NCBI GenBank assembly: GCA_012295275.1 | Contig: CM022672.1 | Coordinates: 26,970,001 to 27,034,000, forward strand | DNA length: 64,000 nucleotides | Reading direction: 5' to 3' | From: Chrysomallon squamiferum | Lineage: Eukaryota > Animalia > Mollusca | Shown here: positions 42,962-57,500 of the stretch, one piece after another | How the letters are laid out: every line of letters starts with the position of its first letter | Position numbering within the stretch: the stretch's first letter is position 1 | Program-made: the position numbers and the translations under genes | The notes under the pieces: model-generated | What the model was told of the DNA's origin: nothing | What the model saw: only the letters and a program-made list of their open reading frames with translations | Database searches by the model: none

Positions 42962-43755
42962 TAAGTTTTGGATTTTATTTTTCATTTTTCATTTGTTCTT
43001 CAAATCACGGCATCTAGCTGAGCCATCTTTTGGAATTGAGCCTCCTCGGAGTTCCAAAGTGGACCAAGGTCAGACTGTCATACTGGACTGTACAGGGAAA
43101 GGTGTTCCGAAGCCTGACATGTACTGGTGGAAACTGACCACTCCCATTGTGTCAGAAGGAAGACTGACAGTATTACCTAACAACTCCCTCAGGTTTCTGT
43201 CACAGCTGTATTCTTATCTAGCTTAAAACAATTAGAATGGTATACCAGTCTTTTCACAAAAAGTCCAAGTATGTCAATCTGGTACAATTTCTAAATTTCA
43301 GGATTCATTATCTGAAATTCTGAAGTCTGGTACAAAATCCAATTCTTTTTTGAGCATTCAAAATACTGATATCTTAAAGTTTTCTCAAACTTTATATAAA
43401 AATTATTTAAATTATTATCTCCCTTTTTTTTTTCTGTCACTATTATATATTTATTTTTTTATTATTATTATTTTTTTTTTTAATTTTTACTTCTACTATT
43501 AATTAATACTATTTTTATGTCAATGCCTCAGAGTTAATTTTTAATTAATATTTTATTTTATAATTCTACGTTAGGATAGTTGCTACTCAGCTGAATGACT
43601 CAGCCTTGTATAGGTGTTTTGCCAGCAACAAACTTGGAAAAACTTTTGTTGAAACAGAGTTGAAAGTGGTAGGTGAGTAAATATTTCTTGTTTGTAATTT
43701 ATATTTAAATTATTTGAAACAGTATATTTATTTATTTTTTTAATTTTATTTGATT

Positions 43756-43803
<48 letters not shown>

Positions 43804-45098
43804 TACTTCTATTAATTATTGATGTATTTAGATCAATGATTTAGTTACTTTTATGATGTTGATTTTCAATATTTATATTATATATATTTATATATATATA
43901 TATATATATATAATTATTGATGTATTTAGATCAATGATTTAGAGTTACTTTTTATGATGTTCTTATTTACTTGTTTATTATCTTTTATTTTTTAAATTAT
44001 ATATTAATGGGTTTTTAGGTTTGTTTTTCTAGGTTTATTTATTTTCTTATTTTTTTTTTAGTTGTTGTTTTCATTATTTATTTGTTTACTAAGAGAAAAT
44101 AATTGTTAAAGATTGGCTATTAAAAGTTTATTTGTTTGTTGTATTTTTTATTTTAATATTTAATGGTATTTATGTGTTCAAGATGGAAAAGATGTAACAC
44201 TTTTCCTTTACAGAATTAATTAAAAAATAATAATTATAATGATAACAAATTACTTTTTAATTATATATTTTTTTTAAATATAATGTATGATGACAGAACA
44301 AAACTTCTTATGTTATCTGTTAATGTATATCATCTTCTTATATACATTTAACATGATCTGTCTTACCCCAGTCAATGATTCATTAAGAATAAAGGCATTA
44401 TTCATCTGAGCAATTTGACATAAAATAACATTTTAAGTTGTGAAATTAATTTGAGTGAGTATTGATATTTCAGTGCATGGTTCATGGGGAGAGTGGGGGG
44501 AGTTTGGCAAGTGCAGTTCTAGCTGTGGTACAGGTTTGCAGTATCGAACACGGTCATGTGACAACCCAAAACCAGCCAATGGTGGAAAACAGTGCATTGG
44601 TCCAAAATCAGATTCTTCTTCCTGCCTAACAGCTGACTGTCCAGGTATTGTGTTACTCTGTATGGTTGGGTGTGTGTGTATGGATGTGGATGTGTGTGCT
44701 TGCATGTATTTATTATATCTCTGTGTATGTATTTGTCTGTTTAAATGTGTTCTGGATTGTCTGTGTTTGTGTACATTTGTGTGTTTGTGGTGTGTATTTA
44801 TTATATGTGTCTGCCTGTGTGTATGCATGTGTATGTGTGTGTGCATGTGCGTGTGTGTGCGTGTATGTATTTGTCTGTTTAAATGGGTGTGAGTGTGTGT
44901 GTATGCATGTGTGTGTGTGGTTCTGTGTTGTCTGTGTTGGTGTGTACATTTGTGTGTGTGTGTGCATCGTTTTCATACTAAGTAGGAAAAATCTTATTTC
45001 AGGCTGTGTTTGTGTGTGGATATTCTTCATTATGGCAACAAGTGTGTTTGTATCACCTACAAGTGTGAGAGAATCATGAATGTATTAAAATATACATA

Positions 45099-45157
<59 letters not shown>

Positions 45158-46110
45158 GTGTTTATTTGTGAGGATTAGGTTTTTCCATTGGATCTTTTTA
45201 AATTATAGCTGTTAAAATTACATGTCAAACTGTAACTTTATAAAACTTACATGCACATACACACATACACACATACACACTCACACACACTCAGACACAC
45301 ACACACAATAATAATAATATAGACAAAAGAGATTATATTAATCTTATAAATAAATTCACTGACTACTTAATTGGATGTCTGGAATTCAGTATAATATTTA
45401 TTTCAGAACCTAAGCAGATATAAATTACATGAAATTACAGTGACTCAGAAATACTAATAAACTGTTTTACATCTCAGTGAATGGAAACTGGGGTAACTGG
45501 AAAGAATGGGAGCAGTGTTCGTCAACATGTGGCGCAGGCAGGAGAAAGCGTGTGCGAGTTTGTGACAATCCAGCACCAGAGTTTGGTGGACTCAGCTGTG
45601 ATGGGGCTCAAACTGAATGGGGAAGATGTAATAACAGACACTGTCCAGGTAACTATGTTACTATTATTATTGTTATAATCATTATTATCATCACCATAAT
45701 CATTATTATCATCATTATTATCATCATCATAATCATCAACATCATCATAACATCATCATTGTTATAATTATTATATTTTCAAATTTTATATTTTGACATC
45801 CATTTTGTTACATATTCCCAAAGTATTATAATACACTGAAAATGTTGTAGGCAAATAATAATAATTTAAATATTTTAAAAGTTAATTATAATTTTTGTTT
45901 TGTTGTTGTTGTTGTTGTTGTTGTCATCATTCTTATTTTTTGTACTATTGTTACTACTACTGCTGCTGCAGGTACTACTACTACTACTACTACATTCATT
46001 TTAAGCCTAAATTTTAAATTTAAATTGCTTTAAAATACATTATAATTATAATTTACATTACTTTTATTATGTTGATGATGATGAATACTATTGTTATTGT
46101 GATTCCTCTT

Positions 46111-46141
<31 letters not shown>

Positions 46142-48526
46142 TTATTATTATTATTATTATTATTTCCATTATTATTATTATTATTACTATTATTATAATT
46201 ATTACAACTATTTCACACAGTTGATGGTGACTGGGGAGAATGGACTCGATGGAGTCCGTGCAGTTCTTCGTGTGGAGAAGGGATTTCAACTCGGACCAGG
46301 AAGTGTGACAGCCCCTACCCTCAGTACGGGGGAAAGGCTGCAGAGGAGAGGACTCGGAGAAAACCTCGTGTAGAGCTAAGGCCTGTGCTGGTGTGTTGTT
46401 TGATTTAGCCAGTATTTTATCAGAATATAGTTTTTAAATGTTACGTTAAATTAAGTCAATTTATTGTCATTTTCTTTATAAATGGACGTATATAAAGAAA
46501 GATATTTAAAACATGTTTGAATTACTTTTACCCATCATTTTTACCATAAAATGAAAATAGGTTCATCAAATGTTTATAATATTTCAAAAAAGGACTTGCA
46601 AATTTCAAATAAATCATTAGAATTTGCATGTTGCAAAACTAACAATAATAATAATATTGTTTAAAACAAAGTCAGAAATGATATATATGTTTATAATCCA
46701 TCAGTTACTATCTTTAAAATATTTTCAAAATCACTGACTTTTTACAAAACCTGCATTTTTCTTCTTTTTTTTATTATTTGTCATGTAATTTCAAAAATTC
46801 ATGAATGCTAATTATAACATTAAATTTTGTGAACTGTTTACCAAATATTCAATGCTATAAAATAATACTCTTTGTTCAGGCTGGCCCACATGCCTTATAA
46901 AATATTAATAAAAATATTATATAAATTTACACACCATCAGTTTTATAAAATATTAATAAAAATTTTATGTAAATATTCACACTATTTGTTTTTTTAGAAT
47001 ATTAATTAAATGATTATATGAATTTTCTCATCACTGGTTTTATAAAATATTAATAAAATTTTTATATAAATTTTCACATCACTTGTTTATAAAATATTAA
47101 TAAAATTTAATATAAATTTTCACACAGTGGATGGTAACTGGGGATCGTGGAATGAGTGGTCATCATGCTCACTGTCGTGTGGGGGTGGAATGATGACGCG
47201 CACACGCCGATGTGACAACCCCAGACCCCAGCATGGGGGGGCCAACTGTCTGGGTATCAGTGAACAGAGAGATTACTGTAACAACGAACAGTGTCCCAGT
47301 GAGTTCATTCATAACACACTTCATTTTACACTGGTGTTTTGTTTGGAAGGGTTTGCAATTTTACTTAGTATGTTTCTTTATGAGCATTTTTTTAAATTTT
47401 ATTTTAAATTTAATTTTAATTTTTTTGTTGTTTTGATATTTCTTCTTCTTTTTTTGTGGGGGTTTTGTTAATGGGGTTTTTTTTGTGTTTTTTTTGTTTT
47501 GTTATTTGACAGGTTTTACTTATTTGTTATTTTCTCTTTATTTTATCAGTGCTTTTTTTTTATGAGAATTTAGTTTTTAATATAATTTTGTTTTTCATTT
47601 TTATTAAATTTAGGTAATTTATTTCTTTATTATTATTATTATTATTTTTTTTATTATTATTTTTTTTTTTTTTTATTTTTTATTATTTATTTATTTATTT
47701 TTTTTTATTATTGTAGATTTTCTGTTCTTTTTTCAGTATTTTTAGAGGCATTTAATTATATTATTTAGATAACTAAGTAAATAAATGAATGAAAAACTCC
47801 CTGGAACAACATTTATGTAGTGTTTTTGCTGTTTTCTTGTAGTCCATGGCAACTGGGCTCCATGGAGTGAGTTTGGCGAATGTTCCGCCAGCTGTAACAG
47901 TGGGAAGAGACGACGGTTTCGAACCTGCACAAACCCAGTCCCCACAAACGGAGGTCGCTCATGTGTGGGCCCCTGCAGAGGATACTGATGTGTGCAACAC
48001 ACAGCCTTGTCCTGGTCAGTTGGTCATCTGGTCAGTTAGTGGACTCTGTGGTTGATAGAAAAATAAGAAAAATATCGGTCGTTTAGAATTTCAGTGTCTA
48101 AAATATAATAACAGTAATAATGGTAAATAAGGTATGACGATTATAATAAAAATAATAAACCAATACATACAATAAGTTCAGTACAGTGCAATAAAATATT
48201 TCTTTTTAAGTGTTTATCTTACATAAAATGTAACTGTGTGTGGTATTAAAAGAGGAAGAATCCAAATAATTTTGTTATTGTTTGGCATTTTAAATGATGA
48301 AATATTTAACAAGTGTGAAAATAATTTCCCCTTTGTCTAAATTTACATCCACTTGTAACCAGTAAATATTCAAGAGATTGGTTAATTCTTATTCATGAAT
48401 TTTTATAAATTGCTTAATTATTTATCATTTATTTGTTTTAATTTGAGTAATAAAATCGAAGTTATTTTTAAAATAATAATAAATTTAAAAAATGGTACGT
48501 ACTCCATGAATTAGTTGTTTTAAATC

Positions 48527-48582
<56 letters not shown>

Positions 48583-49764
48583 TAATAATAACAGCAGTTC
48601 AAGTAATATATAATGAACTGCTTATGATCAAAAACTAAAAACTGAACACTAAAAATATTCCAATTAAAAAATAATATATTTGATAGCACTTATTTTACCA
48701 AGCCAAAAAACTCAACAAAATAGCTGTGTATGATGAATGTTGTAACAGTTTAATGTAACTGTTTTAGTGGATGGACAGTGGGCACTCTGGGGTCAGTGGA
48801 CTCAGTGTTCTAAGACGTGTGATAAAGGAACACGTGAACGTCATCGCCAGTGTCATCAACCACAGCACGGTGGTCAGCCATGCCGTGGCAACAGCATCCA
48901 AGTTTCTGAGTGTGTCGTCAAACAGTGTGACAGTAAGTGACGAAAATAGTAATTATAAAATAATAATTATACAAACTGTAGTATATATATATATACAGAA
49001 ATAAATAATAATAATATATGCATGATCTGCACACACACATACACACAATAATAATAATAATTTTTATAAACTTTTAAATAAAAAGTTGACAGCAGTATAT
49101 TAATACTATGAAAAATTATTTTCCTAAAATTTAAAACACACCAACATTTTAAAAAAACCTTTAAACAAAGTAGTTTTCATTTACCATGAGCTATGAAAAC
49201 TTATATATAAAATTTCTAAAAATAATTTTCTATAGATGAATAACATGACTGTACATACCAGTGTTGGGGCCTTTGTTTTTCAATATAATAATTTTAACAT
49301 TACAATAATTACACTGTATTGTATTTGACTATTTTACAAGCTAAGCATGATCTCTTTGTTATGTTTAGAGTCTCCCAAAAAGGCGAGAGGGAACTTGATA
49401 GGTAACATTAACAACATCGACATCGTCGGGTCCACCATTGAGACTGAGATGGATCCTACCACGTCAGGCACAAAAATCACAGCCACAGTCCAGAATGTTC
49501 CAACTAACATTGGTAAGTTTAGGTTTAATCTTCTTTAGATAAATCATTGTTATTGTTGTTGTTGTTGTTATTGTTGTTGTTGTTGTTGTTGTTATTATTA
49601 TTATGTATACATATTACAATTTGTGACAATATTTGTAACAATTCAGAGTTGGCAACATATTTATTGTTTAGTAAAATTAATACTGTTGTTGTCGTTGTTG
49701 ATATTATCATTATTATTATCATCATCATCAACATCATTATTATTATTAATATTATTATTATTAA

Positions 49765-49797
<33 letters not shown>

Positions 49798-50863
49798 TAC
49801 TACTGTTATTATTATTATTATTATTGTTATTGTTATTGTTATTATTATTGTTATTATTATTTGCAGCTAAACATCTACAACATCTGATTTCTCTGTTGAC
49901 ACCTGTGTACTGGACAACAGCGTCTGAGATAGATGGTGCTGTGAATGGTTACACACTGACCAAAGGACAGTTCAACCGAGAAGTTCAGGTGGAATTTGCA
50001 ACAGGTTACTAATATTTTACCTGTAACTTGGTTTGTATGAAAACTAAAATTATGTCATATTAAAATATTTCTGTTGTTATCAAATTAATATTCAGAAAAA
50101 TACTCCAAGATGTAAGATTTAAATAAAAAAAAAAAAAAAAAAAAGGGTCATTAAAGGGGGTAAAAATAAATTTATTTCAGTATGTTTATTGATATTCAGA
50201 ATACAAAGAATAGAAGAAAACATTTAATTAAATATTAAGAAAAATAAAAAATATAACTAGTTATTGTAAAATAATAATTTTGATGATTATGATGATAATA
50301 ATTACAGGATAAAAAACTTTATATTAAAAATACAATTTTTTTTTATTTTTCTTTACTTTATTTTATTTTATATTTCATTTTTTATTATTATTCTTTATTT
50401 TTTAAGTTTCGTTGATTTGATTTGATTTTTTAAATTTATTCTTTGATTCTGTTTTGTATTATTTTTTTAAATTATAATCTTTATTTAATTTAATTTTATT
50501 TTGATAATTGCTTTGTTTTTCTTTCTTCCCTTTTTTTATGGTTTTTTTATTTTTTTATTTTGTTTAGGTGAAGTTTTGAAGATGACTCATTATGCAACAG
50601 GTGTGAATGAAGATGGAGTTTTAAACTTTGATGTTATTATTAGAGGATCAGTTCCAGATCTTGGTCCCCTACATCATGTGTACCTGGCGCCTTACAATGA
50701 ACAGTACGTCCAGACTGGTCCAGGTAATTTGGTTTGTGGCAGTTTTTTTCCATGGGGTAGTTCTGGATGGTGTGTTGATTTTTTTAATTTTATTTTTTAA
50801 TTACTGTCATTTTAATTTTTAAATAAAATATAACAAGTATTGTTAGGAACAATTTTTTTTTTT

Positions 50864-50896
<33 letters not shown>

Positions 50897-50940
50897 ACTT
50901 ATACTTGGGTTTTTTTGCTGCAGTTGTTATTATTGTTTTA

Positions 50941-50976
<36 letters not shown>

Positions 50977-51365
50977 CATCATCATTTAATTAACGGGGGT
51001 TTAATTATTTAATTGTTATTGTTAATTTTATTAATTTATAAGTATTCTTACGACCCTTTTTTTTTATGTATAATAAATCTAACTAACTTTTGTAGATTAT
51101 TATTAATATTAATATTTTATAATTACCTTTTAATTTTTCTATTATTCTTATTATATTTTGAAATATAACTATTGCAAACTTCAACCAAAATTTTTCTTGA
51201 TAAATTTTAATAAAAATATTTTATTTCCTTAATTTTTATCTTTGTTTTCATGCTTTTAAAAATAATTGTACTGGGAATTACTAATTAATTAATTAACTTT
51301 TATATATTTTTATTTATTTATATATTTATTTATTTATTTATTTATTATTATTATTATTAATATTA

Positions 51366-51422
<57 letters not shown>

Positions 51423-51553
51423 TATTATTATTATTATTATTATTTATTATTTTATTTTTAATCTTTTTAATAGAAACACTGAAAAAAGAATTTTAATAAT
51501 TTTATAATGTATTATTAAATAGAAATTACATCATTTCTGGTGGCTGAAGGTAA

Positions 51554-51596
<43 letters not shown>

Positions 51597-54500
51597 TTAT
51601 ATACATTTATTTCATTATTATTATTTTTTTTTTTTATTTTTTTATTTTATTATTATTATTAATATTATTATTTTTATTTACTTTTATTTTATTTTATTTT
51701 ATATACAGTTTTAAGTGAATGTTATGGTATTTCTGTTTACACAGGAACCCTGTATGCGTATTCCTCTCGTCTCTTCCATGCTGATGGGCGAATGATGCCC
51801 TACGCCTGGAATCACACGATCACCTACAATCCAGACTTAGGCAAGATGCCGTACCTAGTCCAGGAACTCTACACAGAGGCCATGGATGTGTCCCTCGACC
51901 CAAACCAGGAATTCTGTGCACTTCCAGCTTCTTGCCAGTATCGCACCTGGTAAATCTTCATAGAAATTATTTAAATTTTATACATCTCTGAAACTCTCTA
52001 TATCTTCATTTTAAAAAGTCCACTTGGAGGGGTTTTTTTTTTTTTTTTTAAATTTTGGGTGTGGGGTGGGGTGTGTAGGGTGTCTCTATTTTATTTTATT
52101 ATTATTATTGATTTTTTTTTTTTTTTTTTTTATAAATAAATGTTATATATACTTTGTCTTTATTTATTGTCCTAGGTTCACCAAGTAACCAGTGTCCACC
52201 TGGCTTCTTCCATGATGAAAATGGATCATACTGCAGAGGTATTTTACTTACCTTTTTATCAATTTTATTATTACAAGAAAAGCAATAAATAAATAAACAA
52301 ATAAATTAAAAGTAAAATATATAATATAAATAAATAGTAATAATAGTAATAATAAATAAATATATAAATAAATAAATAGATTTGTAATTTAATAGATTTT
52401 AATTAGTTGCCTGTGAATGTATATTTCAGCAAGCTGATATGAGTGGAACACCAAAACGGATTCCATGACAAATATTTTTCTGTCACAGCTTAACAAAAGA
52501 TGATAACAATGCTTTCTTATCTTATAATTACATAACTGATAATATTACTGATCACAAACATAGTCACAGAGGCTGATTTGGATGCTGATGTTTATGTTTG
52601 ATGGTATTTTCAGACGACAACGAGTGTGAGGAGGTGAAATCTCCGTGTAGTCATTACTGTCACAACGCACCAGGCAGCTACGCGTGTTCCTGTCCTGACG
52701 GGTACACACTCGAGTCAGACGGCACAACGTGTAGAGGTGAGTAAGTGTGTCAGTGAGTGAACACATTTGTGAGTGAGTCAATACATTTGTGAGTGAGTGT
52801 ATGAATACATTTGTGTGTGAGTGAATGAATACATTTGTGTGTGAGTGAATGAATACATTTGTGTGTGAGTGAATACATTTGTGTGTGAGTCAATACATTT
52901 GTGAGTGAGTCAATACATTTGTGTGTGAGTGTATGAATACATTTGTGTGTGAGTCAATACATTTGTGAGTGAGTCAATACATTTGTGAGTGAGTGTATGA
53001 ATACATTTGTGTGTGAGTGAATGAATACATTTGTGAGTGAGTGTATGAATACATTTGTGTGTGAGTGTATGAATACATTTGTGAGTGAGTGTATGAATAC
53101 ATTTGTGTGTGAGTGTATGAATACATTTGTGTGTGAGTGTATGAATACATTTGTGAGTGAGTGTATGAATACATTTGTGTGTGAGTGAATGAATACATTT
53201 GTGTGTGAGTGTATGAATACATTTGTGAGTGAGTGTATGAATACATTTGTGTGTGAGTGAATGAATACATTTGTGTGTGAGTGTATGAATACATTTGTGA
53301 GTGAGTGTATGAATACGTTTGTGTATGAGTGTATGAATACATTTGTGAGTGAATATATGAATACATTTGTGTGTGAGTGTATGAATACATTTGTGTGTGA
53401 GTGTATGAATATATTTGTGTGTGAGTGTATGAATACATTTGAGAGTGAGTGTATGAATACATTTGTGTGTGAGTGTATGAATACATTTGTGTGTGAGTGT
53501 ATGAATACATTTGTGTGTGAGTGTATGAATACATTTGTGTGTGAGTGTATGAATACATTTGAGAGTGAGTGTATGAATACATTTGTGTGTGAGTGTATGA
53601 ATACATTTGTGTGAGTGAATGAATACATTTGTGTGTGAGTGTATGAATACGTTTGTGTGTGAGTGTATTAATACATTTGTATGTGAGTGAATACATTTGT
53701 GTGTGAGTGTATGAATACATTTGTGTGTGAGTGTATGAATAAGTTTGTGAGTGTATGAATAAGTTTTTGTGTGAGTGACTAAATATACAAGAATGTGTGA
53801 ATAAATTTGGATGTTATTGTACAGATAATAAACTTAGTGAAAGAATTAATAATTTGCTGCAACTAATAATACAGTATTACTGCTTGTTTTGTTTAATGTT
53901 GTTATAAGCTAGTCTGAAAACAGTCTGCACATTTGTTTTGCAGACATTGATGAGTGTGAGGGAGGAGCTGCAGTGTGCGCAGGCAGTGAGGAGTGTGTCA
54001 ATTCCCTGGGCTCCTACCAGTGTGTGGCTGTCTGCACATCAGGCTTCATCAGAAATCCAGAAACACTCGACTGTGAAGGTCATTTCACTTTTTTTTCCAT
54101 TATTCTTATCTTACTATAGTTTTTAGTTGAAATCCTTTAAACTTGTGTTATTATTACTATTACTATTATTATAACTATCATTATTATTATTTTATTATTA
54201 TTATTGTTATTACTATTATAAGCACACACATACAATGATACAGGCACATTCATATGGACACACATATATATGCATGCATGCATACACACACACACACTCA
54301 CAAGAACACATGCATAGACATACACATGCACATAACTTCTCTAATATAAATAATAATAAGACTAACAAACTAATCCATGTTGATATTCAACAGAGTGATC
54401 CAGTATTAAATATTCATTCATCCGTGCAATTTATATTTATTTAATGTTCTATTATTTAAAACTATTTCACTTAACAGTTATTTATTAAAATATTACAGAC

Positions 54501-57500
54501 ATAAATGAATGTGGACTGGAACCTAGAGTTTGTGAGCAGACATGTAAAAACATTCTTGGTAGCTACCAGTGTTCTTGTACCCGAGGATATCGCCTTGGTA
54601 ACAATGGCCGCTGTGAAGGTCTGTTAAATATTTATTTCTCCTTCAAAATTATTGATAAAAATTCAGAATTTGAACTTTTATAAATTTCTTTATTTTAAGT
54701 TTATTTATATTATAAAATTTATAAATTTAGCTTCTGAAAAATGCTCTGTTGTTTTTTTATTATGAAATATAATTTTATTATTTCATATTCAGAGTTTCAA
54801 ATTTAAAAACATTTCTTTATTTTTAAATTTAAAAAGTAGCATTATTACTGATGTAAGAATTATGTATAGGAATCTATTAATTATTTATTAAATTTTAGTT
54901 TTATATAAAATTCTTTATTAGTCATGTTTTTGTACATTTATCAACCAGATGTTGAAAGTATGGGTCACAAATATGCGAAATTAACAAATAATTATTCTTA
55001 ATTTAAAATCAAGTATTCAGCAGATACTGTTTAGCAATATATTAATAGTTTATTGAATTTTAATTTTCTGCAATGTCATCTTTAATCCCACTGTTTTCTA
55101 TTTGTCAACCAGATGTTGATGAATGTGAAGGTCAGAGGACTCCATGTTTTCACAAATGTATCAACACACATGGAAGTTATCGCTGTGCGTGTAGGAAAGG
55201 ATACAGACTGGCCAGTGATGGAAACAACTGTATAGGTGTGAATTGCATTATAATTCATAACACAGATGATTCTTTCAAAAAGCTTCAATTACTTTTTTTC
55301 CCCTTTGATAAAACATCACTTTTATAATGATATAAAAACTAAAAATATTTTATTTAATTTTTATATGTTAAAATGTTGAATGTTTTCATTTAAAAAAAAA
55401 AAGAGAAAAAGATGACTGTTATAGTCTGTCTCTAGATTTTTGTTAAGGGAATTTTTTTCTACGTTAAAAATTAATTAAATAAACTTTTTATTTATTTATT
55501 TATTTTTATTTATTTAGGTCATTTTCAGTAATATTTAGTATTTTCAGTAATAAATCATTTAAATTTATTTCAGAGAGAATAATATTTACATTTATTTAAT
55601 AAGTTTTTATAATTTTAATATGATATTTCAGTGAATTGTTCTGAAATGATTAATGTAATAGAGTATAAATTTGTTTTAATTTATTTACTTCATTTGATTA
55701 AATTTAAACAAAAATTATAATAGGTTTTGTTTTGTACTGTTTATTTACATATTTTTAATTTTTTCTTAGATTTTAAAATTTATTTTTAGTGGGTTTTTTT
55801 TATTATTATTTGTCATTTGATTTGATTTGATTTGATATTTTAATTTAATTGTTTTTTGTTATTTTATTTTATTTTATTTCATCTATTTCTTTTAATTTCT
55901 TTTCTTTTAATTTAATTTTATTTTACTTTACTTTTTCATTTACTTATTAGTTTATTTCATTTTATTTGTTTTATTTTATTGCATTTTATTTTATTTTACT
56001 CTTTTTATCTATTTTGTTATTTTAATTATTTCATTTTATTTTCCTTTTATTTTATTTATTATATTTTAAAATATTTTTTATTATTTTATTTTATTTTATT
56101 TCTTCTCTTTTTTAGTCTCATTATTGTCATTATTATTATTATTATTAAAATTTAACTATATTTATTGTTTTGTGTAATTTTACTTATTTAATTAAAGATA
56201 TAAATGAATGCTTTGAGGGGCTGTACCAGTGTAACTCGGATCAGGAGTGTGTGAACAAAAGGGGAGGCTACGAGTGTATTGACCTGTGTGAGAGAGGCTA
56301 TCAGCGGGTAGCTAATGGACAGTGTGAAGGTCAGTTCAACATTATAAATAATACTAAAATAATTATAAATATACAAACATAAAGTTTGAAAATAATATGT
56401 ATCCAAAAAATTGAATACATTCCTCACTGTATTGAAGATTTAATTAATAACAAATTTTTGAAGTCATGGACAATGGTGAAATATATAATTTTGATTTTAA
56501 TATTGTGGTTGTTGTTAGTGTTATTATTATGTTATTATGATTATTATTACTATAATGATGATGATAATAATAATAATAATAATAATTATTATTATTATCA
56601 TCATCATCATCTTCATCATCATCATCATCATCATCATTATTAATATTTTATATCTTCTTCATAGATACCTTATTCAAAATTAATCTAATTTTCTGATATT
56701 TATCATCACTGTCAATGTCACATACATTTCTTGAGATGCACCCAAACTATATTACTACTTCCTGCAACAAAAATATTTTATTTAAACCTCTACTTATATA
56801 AATCAAGTTTTAAGCTATAATTTAAAAGTAGTATTTATGCAGTTTAAGTTGAAAACAAGTTTTTTTTTTTTTTTTTAACATTTTTATACAGCACAATTTA
56901 AAATATTTTGGACATTCTGTATTCAGATATAGACGAATGTTCAACTGGACAGCACAGATGTTTCTACAATCAGAGATGTGTCAACAAACCAGGAAGCTAC
57001 CTCTGCCAGTGTCCCCGGGATTCACATCAAGAGGACCAGGACAACCATGTACCGGTAAGTTTGAAATTTCTGTTATTGTCAAAATCTATTCTGTCTTAAT
57101 ATCGGTGTTTGCATTTTTTTGGTTTTGGATATCTCTCTCTAGGTGAGGAGTTTTTGTTTGTTTATTCTAATTATACAACCCCAGGAGATAAGAAATTAAT
57201 CAAGGTAAAAAGAAAATTTGTACACTCTGCATTTTCCACATCAGTTTTACTTTTATGAAGTTTCCTGTTGTGTATAACACTGAATTCGGTTTAAGTTAAG
57301 ATAAATTACCAGCTTCAAACATTCTGTCATTATTCAGATTAGTTTCCCATTTGAAAGATATTTGGTCAATATTACAATTAATAAAATTGAGACTTTTATT
57401 ATTTTTTATTTTTGTAATTTTTTTATTTTTTTTATTCATTTATATGTGTGTAAATATATATATATATATGTATCTATATAGATATATAGATATATATAGA

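Noticed and set aside
42886-43960. Small intronic duplications (about 23 bp at 42886; about 100 bp period at 43813-43960; also 22816-22925)
   Set aside because: Ordinary local duplications that do not include splice sites. They show duplications also occur away from junctions.
44455-45079. Cys/Val-rich ORFs resembling metallothionein or keratin-associated proteins (also 24677-25292)
   Set aside because: Translations of TG-rich microsatellites.
46221-48014. Compensating -1/+1 frameshift pair creating an alternative reading of TSP1-3 to TSP1-5
   Set aside because: The shifted frame hits TGA in exon 48, and the TSP1 consensus is conserved in the normal frame.
52954-53720. 224-aa, 248-aa and 117-aa repetitive ORFs
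   Set aside because: They are translations of the 24-bp minisatellite, which stays open because the unit length is a multiple of 3.
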